A DNA stretch of 58,904 nt, counting the filler. It is 5 parts of 5 records of this genome, joined end to end, with 100 filler letters (N's around TTAATTAATTAA, not from the genome) between each part and the next. Parts side by side here need not be neighbours in the genome. Positions count along the whole stretch, not along the records: positions 1 to 11,982 come from SRR31156797_22912; positions 12,083 to 24,985 come from SRR31156797_22923; 3 more parts are not named here. One strand, 5' to 3'. Under the pieces are notes generated by a model that saw only the letters and a program-made list of their open reading frames with translations, did not search any database and was not told where the DNA came from. How positions within the stretch are numbered: the first letter of the stretch is position 1; every line of letters starts with the position of its first letter. Positions 10,043 to 20,613 of this stretch are shown in pieces. The translations under genes and the position numbers were made by a program.

Positions 10043-11914
10043 TTACTCATTATATATTCTCTTGTACTTATAATAATTATTTAAAACCTTCTCAACATAT
10101 TTTTTTGTTTCTGAGAATGGAATATTCTCAATAATTAAATCTCCGTTTTTATCTTTCGTCCATTTTTTCGCATTACCCGGGCCTCCGTTATATCCTGCAG
10201 CGATGTGACTAATATTGCCATTGAACTGCTTAGAGAGTATTCCCAGATATTTTGTTCCCAGTCTGATATTTTCATCCGGATCAAGTAGTTTATCTTCTGT
10301 TACATCTTTATCTAAATATTTAGCTGTCGGCATGATGATCTGCATAAGACCATATGCTGCAGCGCTTGATATTACATTACTTTGGAATAGACTCTCCTGT
10401 TTAATGATGCTGTAAACCAGTTCCTCTTCTACTCCGTATTGCTTAGCATATTTCTTAACACTCTTTTCATAATATTTTGGATATAACAGTTTATTCAGCT
10501 CAAGATATTTTGAGAAGTTATAACCGTCAGAGAGTGCGGTTCTAAGAGCTTCATTGTAAAGTTCGTTATCTGCAAAATTTTTCGTTGTAATATACTTTTC
10601 GAAAATTTTGTCATCTTCCTTGAAATTTATATTAGAAAGTTCAATTTTTGCATAGTTTTTGTCTTGAAATTTATTTAATTCATCAATTTTATCTAATTCT
10701 TCTTTGTAACGAGTGAGATATTCATTTACTTTGAAGTCACTATAATTGACTTTTCTTTTTTTAATTTGCAGTGCTTTTTCATAATAAAGTGTATTTGGAT
10801 TATATTGTAATATAATATCCAGATACCTTCTGCCCGTCATCTCATATAATTTATATCGGTAAAAAGCCGCTTCATCACTATAAGGATATTTAATTATTAG
10901 ATTAATTGCTTCCTTTTCGAACTTCTTTTTATCTTTTTTAGCAAGCTGCATCTGTAGCATCATTTTCTTTGCAGCCATCCATGTAGATTTTTTTAACCAT
11001 TTTTCAGCATTGTCATAATCTTTATCTAGGTAATAAAGTCTTCCAATTAAGAACTCAGCCTCTTTAACATGAGCTCCTACTTTTACTTCTTTGAAATATT
11101 TAATTGCATTTGGAATATCACCTTTTCTTCTTGTAGAGTTTCCTAAATAATAGTAAACATACGATTTCTGTGGATTGTTTTTAAGATATTCATTTGCTAA
11201 CTTGATAACTGTATCATGTTTTTTTGCTCTAAATAGTGCTTTTAATACTTTGATCTCAGTCCAAAGAGCTTTATTGTTTTTAAGATACTCTCTATAAATT
11301 TCAGAAGATTTTACGAAATTTCCTCTACTGTAAACATAATCACCAATTTTAAGAAGATCATCTTTTGTTAATTTATTTAATTTTGAATAATCATTTTTGA
11401 ACTTAATATCATAAATTGTTTGATAGTATGGATCAATTTTTATTAACTCACTTAGTGCTTGTTTTTCATATTCAATTAACTCATAATCATAGTAATCTCT
11501 ATATAATTTCAGAAACCACTCTTTTGCTTTCTTTTTATTATTTAGTTTTAGGTATGAGTAAGCGGTGAAATTAATTCTCTCATATTCGAAGAACTCTTTT
11601 TTCTTTCCTCTGAAATATCCTGTTCTTAATTTAAACTCAAGTGGTATATACTCGGCTTCTTCTAAGTGATCTATAGCATCTTGATATTTTCCCAGTTTAT
11701 AATAGTTTAAACCTATGAAATAGTTTGGATAATTTGATTCTGCCAAATTAGAATCCTTATGTTTACTTTCAAATCTATCAAAGATTTTTTCAGCTTCTTT
11801 ATAATTTTTTTTATTAAATTCTTCTTTTCCTGTATCGAAAATTTTATACTCATCTATGTTTGCAAAGACTACTTTAAATAATAATAGTGATAACACTAGT
11901 CCTCTTTTTACCAT
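10043..11914 (-). CDS. Soluble lytic murein transglycosylase with TPR repeats
   Basis: Signal peptide, TPRs, IIKQESLF, AYGLMQII, AGYNGGPG, IPFSETKKYV. Confidence 0.9.
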   Translation of the reverse strand: MVKRGLVLSLLLFKVVFANIDEYKIFDTGKEEFNKKNYKEAEKIFDRFESKHKDSNLAESNYPNYFIGLNYYKLGKYQDAIDHLEEAEYIPLEFKLRTGYFRGKKKEFFEYERINFTAYSYLKLNNKKKAKEWFLKLYRDYYDYELIEYEKQALSELIKIDPYYQTIYDIKFKNDYSKLNKLTKDDLLKIGDYVYSRGNFVKSSEIYREYLKNNKALWTEIKVLKALFRAKKHDTVIKLANEYLKNNPQKSYVYYYLGNSTRRKGDIPNAIKYFKEVKVGAHVKEAEFLIGRLYYLDKDYDNAEKWLKKSTWMAAKKMMLQMQLAKKDKKKFEKEAINLIIKYPYSDEAAFYRYKLYEMTGRRYLDIILQYNPNTLYYEKALQIKKRKVNYSDFKVNEYLTRYKEELDKIDELNKFQDKNYAKIELSNINFKEDDKIFEKYITTKNFADNELYNEALRTALSDGYNFSKYLELNKLLYPKYYEKSVKKYAKQYGVEEELVYSIIKQESLFQSNVISSAAAYGLMQIIMPTAKYLDKDVTEDKLLDPDENIRLGTKYLGILSKQFNGNISHIAAGYNGGPGNAKKWTKDKNGDLIIENIPFSETKKYVEKVLNNYYKYKRIYNE

Positions 11915-11982
11915 GCTTCCTCCTCTATATATTTTTTAAAGTCAAAACGCACCAATTTGACTTTGTTCTAAAAAATATTCTA

Positions 11983-12082
11983 NNNNNNNNNNNNNNNNNN
12001 NNNNNNNNNNNNNNNNNNNNNNNNNNTTAATTAATTAANNNNNNNNNNNNNNNNNNNNNNNNNNNNNNNNNNNNNNNNNNNN
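11983..12082. other. Artificial contig spacer
   Basis: N-run + TTAATTAATTAA (stop in all frames) + N-run; abrupt GC shift. Confidence 0.99.
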
Positions 12083-12584
12083 CATCGGCATCCACAACCA
12101 CGGCACCATCAAGATCGGCGACACCTTCACCACCAAGGAACCCCTGAAATTCCTGGGCATCCCAAGTTTTGCCCCGGAGCACTTCAGACGGGTGATCCTG
12201 AAGAATCCCTTGAAGACCAAGCCCCTTCAGAAGGGTCTTATCCAGCTTGCCGAAGAGGGAACCATCCAGGTGTTCCGGCCCAACATCAACAACGACTACA
12301 TCCTGGGCGCCGTGGGCGTGCTCCAGTTTGACGTCACCATGGCCCGGCTCAAGGCCGAGTACAACGTGGATGCAACCTACGAACCCGTGGACCTGTCCGT
12401 GGCCCGCTGGGTCACCTGCGACGACAGCGAGATGCTCAAGCGCTTCAAAAAGGAGAACCAGTCAAGCCTTGCAACGGATTCGGAAGGGTGGATCACCTTC
12501 CTCACCACCAGCGAGTACCAGCTCGGCTTTGCCATGGAGGCATGGCCCGGCATCGAGTTTCATAAGACCAGGGAGTACAACTAA
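12083..12584 (+). CDS. prfC: Peptide chain release factor 3, 3' part (contig-truncated)
   Basis: IGIHNHGTIKIGDT, GIPSFAPEHF, QLAEEG, GAVGVLQFDV..RLKAEY. Confidence 0.93.
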
Positions 12585-12623
12585 CGACCATCTTTAACAG
12601 CACCAGCAGCAAAGGAGAACACC

Positions 12624-13709
12624 ATGGCAGAAAACCGAATCTTCAACTTCAATGCAGGCCCTGCGGCCCTGCCTCTTCCAGTTCTTGAAGAGATCCAGTC
12701 CTCGTTCCTCAACTTCAACGGCTCCGGCATGTCCATTACCGAGATCAGCCACCGCTCCCCCTGGTTTGACCAGGTGATCAACGATGCTGTTGACAGGACA
12801 AAGAGACTGCTGAACCTGGACGACCGTTTCCACGTCCTTTTTATCCAGGGCGGTGCGAGCCTCCAGTTTGCCATGACTCCCATGAACTTCCTGACGGAGG
12901 GCAGGTCCGCCGACTTTATCAACACCGGCACCTGGTCCACCAAGGCCATCAACGAAGCAAAGATCCTGAATAAGCAGTACTCCGTGGCGGCCTCCTCCGA
13001 GGACCGGAACTTCTGCTACATTCCCAAGGCGTTCGATTTCAACCCCAATGCGGCATATGTCCACGTCACCAGCAACAACACCATCAAGGGCACCCAGTGG
13101 GCCGACTTCCCCGACACCAAGGAAGTTCCCCTGGTGGCGGACATGTCCTCGGACTTCATGAGCCGTCCCCTTGACATGGACAAGTTCGGCATGATCTATG
13201 CCGGCGCCCAGAAAAACATCGGCCCGTCCGGGGTTTGCATGGTGATCATCCGGAAAGATATGCTGGACATGGCAACGGACGAGATCCCCTCCATGCTCCG
13301 GTACTCCACCTATGCGGCCAAGAACTCCATGTACAACACCCCGCCCTGCTTCGGCATCTACACCATCCAGCTGGTACTCAAATGGCTGGAGGAGACCGTG
13401 GGCGGCCTTGAAAAGATGGAGGCCCACAACCAGGCCAAGGGCAAACTGCTCTACGACCTCATCGACGGCAGCGACTTCTACCAGGCAACCGCCGACAAGG
13501 ACAGCCGGTCCCTGATGAACGTCACCTTCCGGCTGCCCACCGAGGAGCTGGAGAAACGGTTTGTGGAAAAAGCGACTGAAAACGGCCTTGGCGGCCTCAA
13601 GGGACACCGGTCCGTTGGCGGATGCCGGGCATCGATTTATAATGCAGCGACCATGGAAGCGGTACAGGCACTTGTTGAGTTTATGGAATCCTTTGCAAAG
13701 GAGAACTAA
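12624..13709 (+). CDS. serC: Phosphoserine aminotransferase
   Basis: FNFNAGPA, SHRS, QGGASLQF, YAGAQKNIG, GHRSVGGCRAS. Confidence 0.97.
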   Translation: MAENRIFNFNAGPAALPLPVLEEIQSSFLNFNGSGMSITEISHRSPWFDQVINDAVDRTKRLLNLDDRFHVLFIQGGASLQFAMTPMNFLTEGRSADFINTGTWSTKAINEAKILNKQYSVAASSEDRNFCYIPKAFDFNPNAAYVHVTSNNTIKGTQWADFPDTKEVPLVADMSSDFMSRPLDMDKFGMIYAGAQKNIGPSGVCMVIIRKDMLDMATDEIPSMLRYSTYAAKNSMYNTPPCFGIYTIQLVLKWLEETVGGLEKMEAHNQAKGKLLYDLIDGSDFYQATADKDSRSLMNVTFRLPTEELEKRFVEKATENGLGGLKGHRSVGGCRASIYNAATMEAVQALVEFMESFAKEN

Positions 13710-13712
13710 GAG

Positions 13713-15293
13713 ATGAAAGTCCTTGTAAGCGACAAGATGGATGAAGCAGGAATTGAGATTTTCAAGAATGAAGATGGAATCGACGTTGACGTAATCACGG
13801 GTCTTTCACCCGAAGAGCTGAAGCAAATCATCGGGGACTACCATGCCCTGGCCATCAGAAGTTCCACCAAGGTGACCAAGGAGATCCTCGATGCTGCACC
13901 AAACCTGAAGGTCATTGGAAGGGCTGGCATCGGACTCGACAACGTGGATATCCCGGAAGCCACCAACCACGGTATTGCCGTGATGAACACCCCCGGGGGC
14001 AATACCGTGACCACGGCGGAGCACGCCATCTCCATGATGATGTCCCTGACCCGGAACATTCCCAGGGGCACGGCCACCCTCAAGCAGGGGAAATGGGAAA
14101 AGAAAAACCTCCAGGGCCGGGAGCTGTTCAACAAGACCCTGGGTGTCATCGGATTCGGCAACATCGGCTCCATCGTGGCCAACCTTGCCCAGGGCCTCAA
14201 GATGCAGGTGATCATCTATGATCCCAACATCTCCTCCGAGCACATTGAAAAGGCCGGATTTGAGAGCGTCACCCTTGAGGAACTCTTCAAGCGAAGCGAT
14301 TACATCACCATCCATGTGCCCAAGATTGAAAGCACCACCCACCTTCTCAACAAAGAGGCGTTTGCCATCATGAAGAAGGGAGTGATGGTGATCAACTGCG
14401 CCAGGGGCGGCATCATCCAGGAGCAGGACCTCTATGACGCCATCCTGTCCGGTAAGGTCGCAGGGGCGGCCCTGGACGTGTTTGAGATAGAACCTCCGGG
14501 GAACCATCCCCTCCTGGAACTCGACCAGGTCATCGCCACCCCCCACCTGGGCGCATCCACCCAGGAAGCCCAGACCAACGTGGCCGTGGCCGTGGCCAAC
14601 CAGATCATCGCCTATCTCAAGAAGGACACCATCATCAACGCGGTGAACGTGCCGTCGGTCACAGGGGAATTGCTGAAAAAGCTCAAGCCCTACCTTTATC
14701 TGGGCGAAAAGATGGGGCTCATGCAGTCCCAGCTGGTGACAGGGCCCTTCAAGGAGATCGCCATCGAGTATGCCGGCAACTTCTTTGAGCTTGACCTCAA
14801 GCCCGTGACCCTGGCGATCCTCAGGGGCATTCTCACGCCGCTGGTCAAGTACGAGGTCAATTCGGTCAATGCCGGATCCCTTGCCAAAACCATGGGCATC
14901 AAGGTCACCGAAACCACGAGCCAGGAGACCGAGAACTATCTCAACCTCATCCGGATCTCCGTCACCACCGAGTCCGGGACCAACCTGGTGGCAGGCACCA
15001 TCTTCGGCAAGGACGACCCGCGGATCATCCGCATCAACAAGTTCCGCCTGGAAGTGATCCCGGAAGGCCACCTGGCCCTGATCCACAACATCGACAAGCC
15101 GGGCTCCATCGGCAGCATCGGCACCACCCTCGGCGAGCACGACATCAACATCGCCAGGATGATGGTGGGCCGGGAGGATGACGGGGACAGGAACATCATT
15201 TTCCTGAGGACCGACACCCCCATCCCGGATGAGGTGGCCACCGAGATCAGCGATCTTGGGCTTGTCAACTCGGTAGTCACATTTGAACTGTAA
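13713..15293 (+). CDS. serA: D-3-phosphoglycerate dehydrogenase (with ASB/ACT domains)
   Basis: RAGIGLDNVD, GFGNIG, NCARGG, TPHLGAST, C-terminal ACT (DKPGSIG); operon with serC. Confidence 0.96.
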   Translation: MKVLVSDKMDEAGIEIFKNEDGIDVDVITGLSPEELKQIIGDYHALAIRSSTKVTKEILDAAPNLKVIGRAGIGLDNVDIPEATNHGIAVMNTPGGNTVTTAEHAISMMMSLTRNIPRGTATLKQGKWEKKNLQGRELFNKTLGVIGFGNIGSIVANLAQGLKMQVIIYDPNISSEHIEKAGFESVTLEELFKRSDYITIHVPKIESTTHLLNKEAFAIMKKGVMVINCARGGIIQEQDLYDAILSGKVAGAALDVFEIEPPGNHPLLELDQVIATPHLGASTQEAQTNVAVAVANQIIAYLKKDTIINAVNVPSVTGELLKKLKPYLYLGEKMGLMQSQLVTGPFKEIAIEYAGNFFELDLKPVTLAILRGILTPLVKYEVNSVNAGSLAKTMGIKVTETTSQETENYLNLIRISVTTESGTNLVAGTIFGKDDPRIIRINKFRLEVIPEGHLALIHNIDKPGSIGSIGTTLGEHDINIARMMVGREDDGDRNIIFLRTDTPIPDEVATEISDLGLVNSVVTFEL

Positions 15294-15299
15294 CCACAA

Positions 15300-15440
15300 T
15301 TAGCCATGGGGACAGATTTTTAAACCTGTTCCCGCCAAACACCTCCGGGGGCCCGGCAGTTCCGGCCCCCGGCATAACACCGTTAAAACAACCAAAGGCT
15401 GCATTTGCAGCTTTTTTTTATTAGCCATGGGGACGGATTT
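15300..15440. repeat. Pair of 20-bp direct repeats (REP-like GGGGAC(A/G)GATTT) flanking terminator hairpins
   Basis: ttagccatggggacagattt at 15300-15319 and ttagccatggggacggattt at 15421-15440 (19/20). Confidence 0.6.
15394..15419 (+). terminator. Intrinsic terminator after serA
   Basis: aaaggctgca-tt-tgcagctttttttt. Confidence 0.55.
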
Positions 15441-18400
15441 CACATCCAACCCCGATATTCAAAGATTTGGAACAATGAAACGAAGAGAAAGAGAGATACC
15501 CTACAACTATACATCGGCGGACGACGACCAGGTCATCCGCCATCTGTTTGGCAAGGAGATGCTCCAGGATCTTGAGGTGCTCAGAGAGAAAAGGAGAACC
15601 GGACGATCGGCAAGGCTCTTGTTCCGCTTCATGGGCGACATGTTCATGATCGAGAGAAACCCCTTCATCTTCCAGGAATTCCTTGACCATCCCCAGCGGA
15701 AAAACAGCTTTTTCAAAAGCGTCAAGAAGGATTTGACCACCATCGAGCAGGGCACGACAGACCCCAAGGTCGTTCAGGTGATCACGGAGTGCAGAACCCA
15801 TCTCTCCTCTCTTTCAAAACGTATCAAACAGGTGGCCAAGGACCGGAAGATAATGGCCAAGGCCCTGGAGGCCATTACCGGACCGGACAGCGTCTATGTG
15901 GACCCCTTCACCCTCACGGCCCACACCACCGACGCCACGGACTGGCGGCTCTATCCCCCCTTTGCCGTGGTAAGACCCTCGGATGAATCCCAGATAGCCC
16001 CGCTTGTGGCCGCCATCAGGGAGCTGGGCCTCAACATCATTCCCAGGGGCGGCGGCACGGGCCTCACCGGCGGCAGCGTTCCCTTGAACCGCACCTGCGT
16101 GATGATCAACACGGAAAAACTCAACAGCATCCACGGCATCCGCCATGAAAAAGACGCGTCCGGCAAACCTTTCGCCTGCATGGACCTTGACGCCGGCGTC
16201 ATCACCGAGGAGGCCATGGCCTTTGCCAAACGGCAAAACCTGGTGTTTGCCACCGATCCCACAAGCTCCTGGGCCTCCACCATCGGCGGCAACCTGGCCG
16301 AGAACGCGGGCGGCAAGACCGCCGTGCTCTGGGGAACCGCCCTGGACAACGTCCTCTCCTACCGAATCGTCATGCCCAACGGCAAACTGCTCACGGTGAC
16401 CCGGCAGCACCACCCCCTGCGAAAGATCCTCCCGGACGACGAGGTGATATTCGACGTCAGGGACGAAAAGGGCGCCCAGGTCGACCAGGTGGTCCTCAAG
16501 GGAGACGAAATCCGGAAACCGGGCCTTGGAAAGGATGTGACCAACAAGACCCTCAACGGCCTGCCCGGCATCCAGAAGGAGGGATGCGACGGCATCATCA
16601 CCTCGGCCACCTTCATTCTCCATCCCCAGTATCCCCTGAAGAAAACCTTCTGCCTGGAATTTTTCGGCCAGGACATGACCGAGGCCGGCAAGGTGATCAC
16701 CGACATCTCCAAGATATTCAGGAACCGGGACAAGGAAGCCTGCCTCATTGCTCTCGAGCACTTTGACGAAGAGTATATCAAGGCCATCGACTACAAGGCC
16801 AAGGCCGCGGGCACCGGCCGCCTCAAGGCGGTGCTTCTCATCGACATGGTGGCCCAGACCGATGATGAGCTTCTCAAGGGCGAAGAAAGGCTGGAAAAGA
16901 TCCTCAACCGCTACCAGCGCACCGAGCTCACCCCGGCCCGGGACGAGGAAGAGGCTGAGCGGTTCTGGCGGGACCGGAAACGCCTGGGGGCCATTGCCAA
17001 GCGCACCAACGCCTTTAAGCTCAACGAAGACATCGTCCTTCCCATCGCCTCCCTGGCCGACTTCGCAAGCTATGTGGACGTCTACAACCTGGAGGAAAAA
17101 AGGTTCACCCAGGAGACCCTGGTGGAAGACCTCATGGCCTACCTGGAGACGGCGGAACCCCTGGAGGATCCCGACTGGCTCGTTGCCAAGGTGAGCCACG
17201 CAAAGACCCTGGCGGAAAAGGCCAAGATCAAGATCGCCAAGGCCTCCCGGGACAGCCTGGAGCGGGGTACCTATGCCGAGGAATTCTACCATTCCCTCCT
17301 GGAGATGTTACGGGGTTATACCCTCGTGTCCGAAACCCTCAAAAAGATCTATGAGGAGACCCTGGCACGGCTCATCGTCATCGCCACCCACATGCATGCC
17401 GGAGACGGCAACGTTCATGTGAACATCCCGGTGCTCTCCAACGACAGGGAGATGATGACCCGGGCAAGCAAGACCGCCGACGATATCATGGCCAAGGCCG
17501 TGGAGCTGGAAGGCGCCGTGAGCGGCGAGCACGGCATCGGCGTGACCAAGTTCGCCCACCTGGACCCGGCCATCGTGGAGGAACTCTCCCAATACCGGCT
17601 GAAGATCGATCCGGAAGGCACCATGAACCCGGACAAGCTCTCGGAACCATCGGTGATGGAACGGATCTTCACCCCCTCCTTCAACCTGCTGGGCCTTGAA
17701 GCAAGCATCCTTCGCTACGGAAGCCTGGGAACCCTGGCCGCCAACATCGCCAACTGCGTCCGGTGCGGCAAGTGCAAGACCACCTGCCCGGTCTTCTTTC
17801 CCCACAAGAACCTCTTCTTCCACCCCAGGAACAAGAACCTGGCCGTGGGCGCCCTGATCGAGGCGCTGCTCTACGTCACCCAGCGGACCCGGTCCACCCA
17901 GTTCAGGCCCCTCCAGCACCTGGAGCAGCTGGCGGACCACTGCACCATCTGCCACAAGTGCCACACCCAATGCCCGGTGAAGATCGACACGGGTGAGGTG
18001 TCCGTGTTGGAACGGGAAATCCTTGCGGAACAGAACTTCAAGCACACCCCCCTGCCCACACGACTCAGCCTCAACTATCTGGGGACCCGGAACGGGCTCA
18101 AGAACGCAGGCATGCGAAAACTCCTGGTGGGCATGGGCGGCACCCTCCAGCGCACCGCGTCCCGGCTGGTGGACGCCCTGCCCGACATCAAGCAGGCCCA
18201 GGAGATGAGAACCGTTCAGATGCTCAAGGCGCCCATGCCGAAAGTACCCGGCAGGACCATGCGCAGCGCCATGCCCTCCTGCGGCCCCAACCAGGTGATC
18301 CTGGCGGAACCGGAAACTCCCGCCCTTCACACCGTGTTCTACTTCCCCGGCTGCGGGTCCGAGCGCCTCTTTTCCGACATCGGCAAGGCTGCGGTCTACC

Positions 18401-19077
18401 TGCTCCTGAAGAACAGGGTACGGGTGATCCTGCCGCCCCCCTATCTCTGCTGCGGATTTCCCGCCCGGGTCAACGCCAAGACCGAGCAGTTCAACCGGCT
18501 CACCCTCAGGGACACCATCATCCTGAGCCAGATCCGGGACATGTTCAACGACCTTGACTTTGACGCCTGCATCATCAGCTGCGGCACCTGCAAAGAGTCC
18601 CTGGAGAACCTTTCCATCGACACCATCTTTGACTGCCGGGTGACGGACATCGCACGGTACGTCCTCACGGTCAACCAGACCCTGGGCCTGAAAGGAAACT
18701 ACCTCTACCACGCCCCCTGCCACGACTCCCTCGAGGCCAGGGGCGCGGACCTGCTCCTCTCCCGCTCCCAGGGCACCCTGGACACGGTCCCCCAATGCTG
18801 CTCCGAGGCGGGCACCATGGCCATGTCCCGGCCCGACATCTCCAATGCCATGCTGGACAGGAAAAAGGAACTGATCCAGAACACCCGGAACGGCCAAACC
18901 GAACCGGTAAAAATGCTGACCAACTGCCCCTCCTGCCTCCAGGGACTGGGCCGTAACCAGGATACCGGCATCAACCCGGTCCACATCGCCTGCGAGCTTG
19001 CGGAGCGGTCCGGCGGCCCTGCCTGGGAAAAGGAACTCAAAAAGCTGATGAAAAACGCCGAGGTGATTACGTTCTAA
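15427..19077 (+). CDS. FAD-linked oxidase / (Fe-S)-binding fusion (GlcD/GlcF-like, DUF3683 type); true start may be 15475
   Basis: REIPYNYTS, PRGGGTGLTGG, HAGDGNVH, GEHGIG, CVRCGKC, CTICHKC, CCG domains. Confidence 0.88.
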   Translation: MGTDFTSNPDIQRFGTMKRREREIPYNYTSADDDQVIRHLFGKEMLQDLEVLREKRRTGRSARLLFRFMGDMFMIERNPFIFQEFLDHPQRKNSFFKSVKKDLTTIEQGTTDPKVVQVITECRTHLSSLSKRIKQVAKDRKIMAKALEAITGPDSVYVDPFTLTAHTTDATDWRLYPPFAVVRPSDESQIAPLVAAIRELGLNIIPRGGGTGLTGGSVPLNRTCVMINTEKLNSIHGIRHEKDASGKPFACMDLDAGVITEEAMAFAKRQNLVFATDPTSSWASTIGGNLAENAGGKTAVLWGTALDNVLSYRIVMPNGKLLTVTRQHHPLRKILPDDEVIFDVRDEKGAQVDQVVLKGDEIRKPGLGKDVTNKTLNGLPGIQKEGCDGIITSATFILHPQYPLKKTFCLEFFGQDMTEAGKVITDISKIFRNRDKEACLIALEHFDEEYIKAIDYKAKAAGTGRLKAVLLIDMVAQTDDELLKGEERLEKILNRYQRTELTPARDEEEAERFWRDRKRLGAIAKRTNAFKLNEDIVLPIASLADFASYVDVYNLEEKRFTQETLVEDLMAYLETAEPLEDPDWLVAKVSHAKTLAEKAKIKIAKASRDSLERGTYAEEFYHSLLEMLRGYTLVSETLKKIYEETLARLIVIATHMHAGDGNVHVNIPVLSNDREMMTRASKTADDIMAKAVELEGAVSGEHGIGVTKFAHLDPAIVEELSQYRLKIDPEGTMNPDKLSEPSVMERIFTPSFNLLGLEASILRYGSLGTLAANIANCVRCGKCKTTCPVFFPHKNLFFHPRNKNLAVGALIEALLYVTQRTRSTQFRPLQHLEQLADHCTICHKCHTQCPVKIDTGEVSVLEREILAEQNFKHTPLPTRLSLNYLGTRNGLKNAGMRKLLVGMGGTLQRTASRLVDALPDIKQAQEMRTVQMLKAPMPKVPGRTMRSAMPSCGPNQVILAEPETPALHTVFYFPGCGSERLFSDIGKAAVYLLLKNRVRVILPPPYLCCGFPARVNAKTEQFNRLTLRDTIILSQIRDMFNDLDFDACIISCGTCKESLENLSIDTIFDCRVTDIARYVLTVNQTLGLKGNYLYHAPCHDSLEARGADLLLSRSQGTLDTVPQCCSEAGTMAMSRPDISNAMLDRKKELIQNTRNGQTEPVKMLTNCPSCLQGLGRNQDTGINPVHIACELAERSGGPAWEKELKKLMKNAEVITF

Positions 19078-19787
19078 TGAATCTCATACTCCTCAAAGAA
19101 GAAGACTTTACCTCACCCGGCAGGGTGAAAATCGGCGGCAGACGGTTCACACACATCCGGACCGTGCACCGTGCCGCGGTAGGAGATCAACTGGTGGCCG
19201 GACTCATCAACGACAAGATGGGAACGGCCACGGTGACCCATATGGGCCCCGAATCCATTGAGATGGAGGTGGTGCTGGACCAGGCGCCCCCGCCGGGCCT
19301 GGATCTCACCCTGCTCATCGCCCTGCCCCGCCCCAAAATGCTCAAACGGATTCTTCAGACCGTGACAAGCCTCGGGGTGAAGCGGATCTACCTGATCAAC
19401 ACCTGGCGGGTGGAAAAAGGGTTCTGGTCAAGCCCGGTCCTGGAGCAGGAAACCCTTGAGCGACACCTCATCCTGGGCCTTGAACAGGCCAAGGACACCG
19501 TCATGCCCCAGGTGTTCCGCCGAAGGCTCTTCTCCCCCTTTGCTAAGGAGGAGCTTGAAACCCTCTCCCGGGACACCCTGAAGCTTGTGGCCCACCCCAA
19601 GGGCGGGGTGCCCTGCCCCTGCCATCCGGATCAACCCATCACCCTGGCCATGGGGCCAGAAGGAGGATTCATCGACAGGGAGGTGGAAACCTTTGAAAGA
19701 TTCGGTTTTGAAAACGTCAGCTTAGGAGAAAGGATCCTCAGGCTCGAGACAGCCGTCCCGGTCCTCATCTCCCGACTCTTCACCTGA
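19077..19787 (+). CDS. rsmE: 16S rRNA m3U1498 methyltransferase
   Basis: SPOUT motifs GPEGGF, SLGERILRLETA. Confidence 0.92.
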   Translation: MNLILLKEEDFTSPGRVKIGGRRFTHIRTVHRAAVGDQLVAGLINDKMGTATVTHMGPESIEMEVVLDQAPPPGLDLTLLIALPRPKMLKRILQTVTSLGVKRIYLINTWRVEKGFWSSPVLEQETLERHLILGLEQAKDTVMPQVFRRRLFSPFAKEELETLSRDTLKLVAHPKGGVPCPCHPDQPITLAMGPEGGFIDREVETFERFGFENVSLGERILRLETAVPVLISRLFT

Positions 19788-19869
19788 AGGAGATATTGAC
19801 AGCAATAATTAAAAAATAACAGGCACATAGGTAACCTTACTCTACGCCCCCTAAAAAGCAGGAGACAGG

Positions 19870-20514
19870 ATGAACTTTATAGACGCTCAGTTTGTATCAT
19901 TTTGCTTTGTCACAATTATTCTAACTGTGACTCCAGGTGCGGATACGTTTATTGTAATAAGAAATGTCATGAGGGGGGGAAAGAAGGACGGTATTATTAC
20001 ATCCTTTGGTATTTGCTCCGGTTTGTATTTTCATGCCATCCTGTCTGCTTGCGGGATCTCAATATTATTGGTTCAATCAGCAATAATATTTCAGTGTGTA
20101 AAAATCATTGGAGCGGTTTACCTATGCTGGTTAGGGATAAATTCTTTACGGCATGCCCTGGGTAAAAAAGAAAGCGGTGAAATAAACACAAATATTTCAA
20201 ACAAGGAAAATGCAATTGCTAATAATTCGTTTCGAGAAGGATTTTTATCAAACGTTTTAAATCCGAAACCGGCAATATTCTATCTGGCATTTTTACCCCA
20301 ATTTATTAACTCATCAGATCCTGTATTTTTGAAGTCCATGTTTTTGGCATCCGTTCAATTCTTAATTGGAATGATCTGGTTGGTTTTGTTAACCATGTCA
20401 ATATATAAGGCAAGCAACTATCTCAAAAACTCATTGTTCAGAAGAATACTGGATACAGTGAGTGGATGCGTTCTTATTGCCTTTGGAATGAAATTGGGTT
20501 TTGAGGCTAAATAG
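19870..20514 (+). CDS. LysE/RhtB-family translocator (AT-rich relative to flanks)
   Basis: TPGAD, GAVYLCWLG, FREGFLSNVLNPK. Confidence 0.9.
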   Translation: MNFIDAQFVSFCFVTIILTVTPGADTFIVIRNVMRGGKKDGIITSFGICSGLYFHAILSACGISILLVQSAIIFQCVKIIGAVYLCWLGINSLRHALGKKESGEINTNISNKENAIANNSFREGFLSNVLNPKPAIFYLAFLPQFINSSDPVFLKSMFLASVQFLIGMIWLVLLTMSIYKASNYLKNSLFRRILDTVSGCVLIAFGMKLGFEAK

Positions 20515-20519
20515 CAAAC

Positions 20520-20593
20520 AATCTTATACTCCTCAAAAAAAGTCTTTACCAAACCCGGCAGGGTGAAGATCCGGGGCGGACGGGTCACCCACC
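20520..20593 (+). pseudogene. Degenerate, frameshifted copy of the rsmE 5' end
   Basis: aatcttatactcctcaaa...ctttacc..acccggcagggtgaa.at aligns with 19080-19154, with a 2-bp deletion and no start codon. Confidence 0.8.
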
Positions 20594-20613
20594 GCCCCGA
20601 AATTCCTGCCTGC

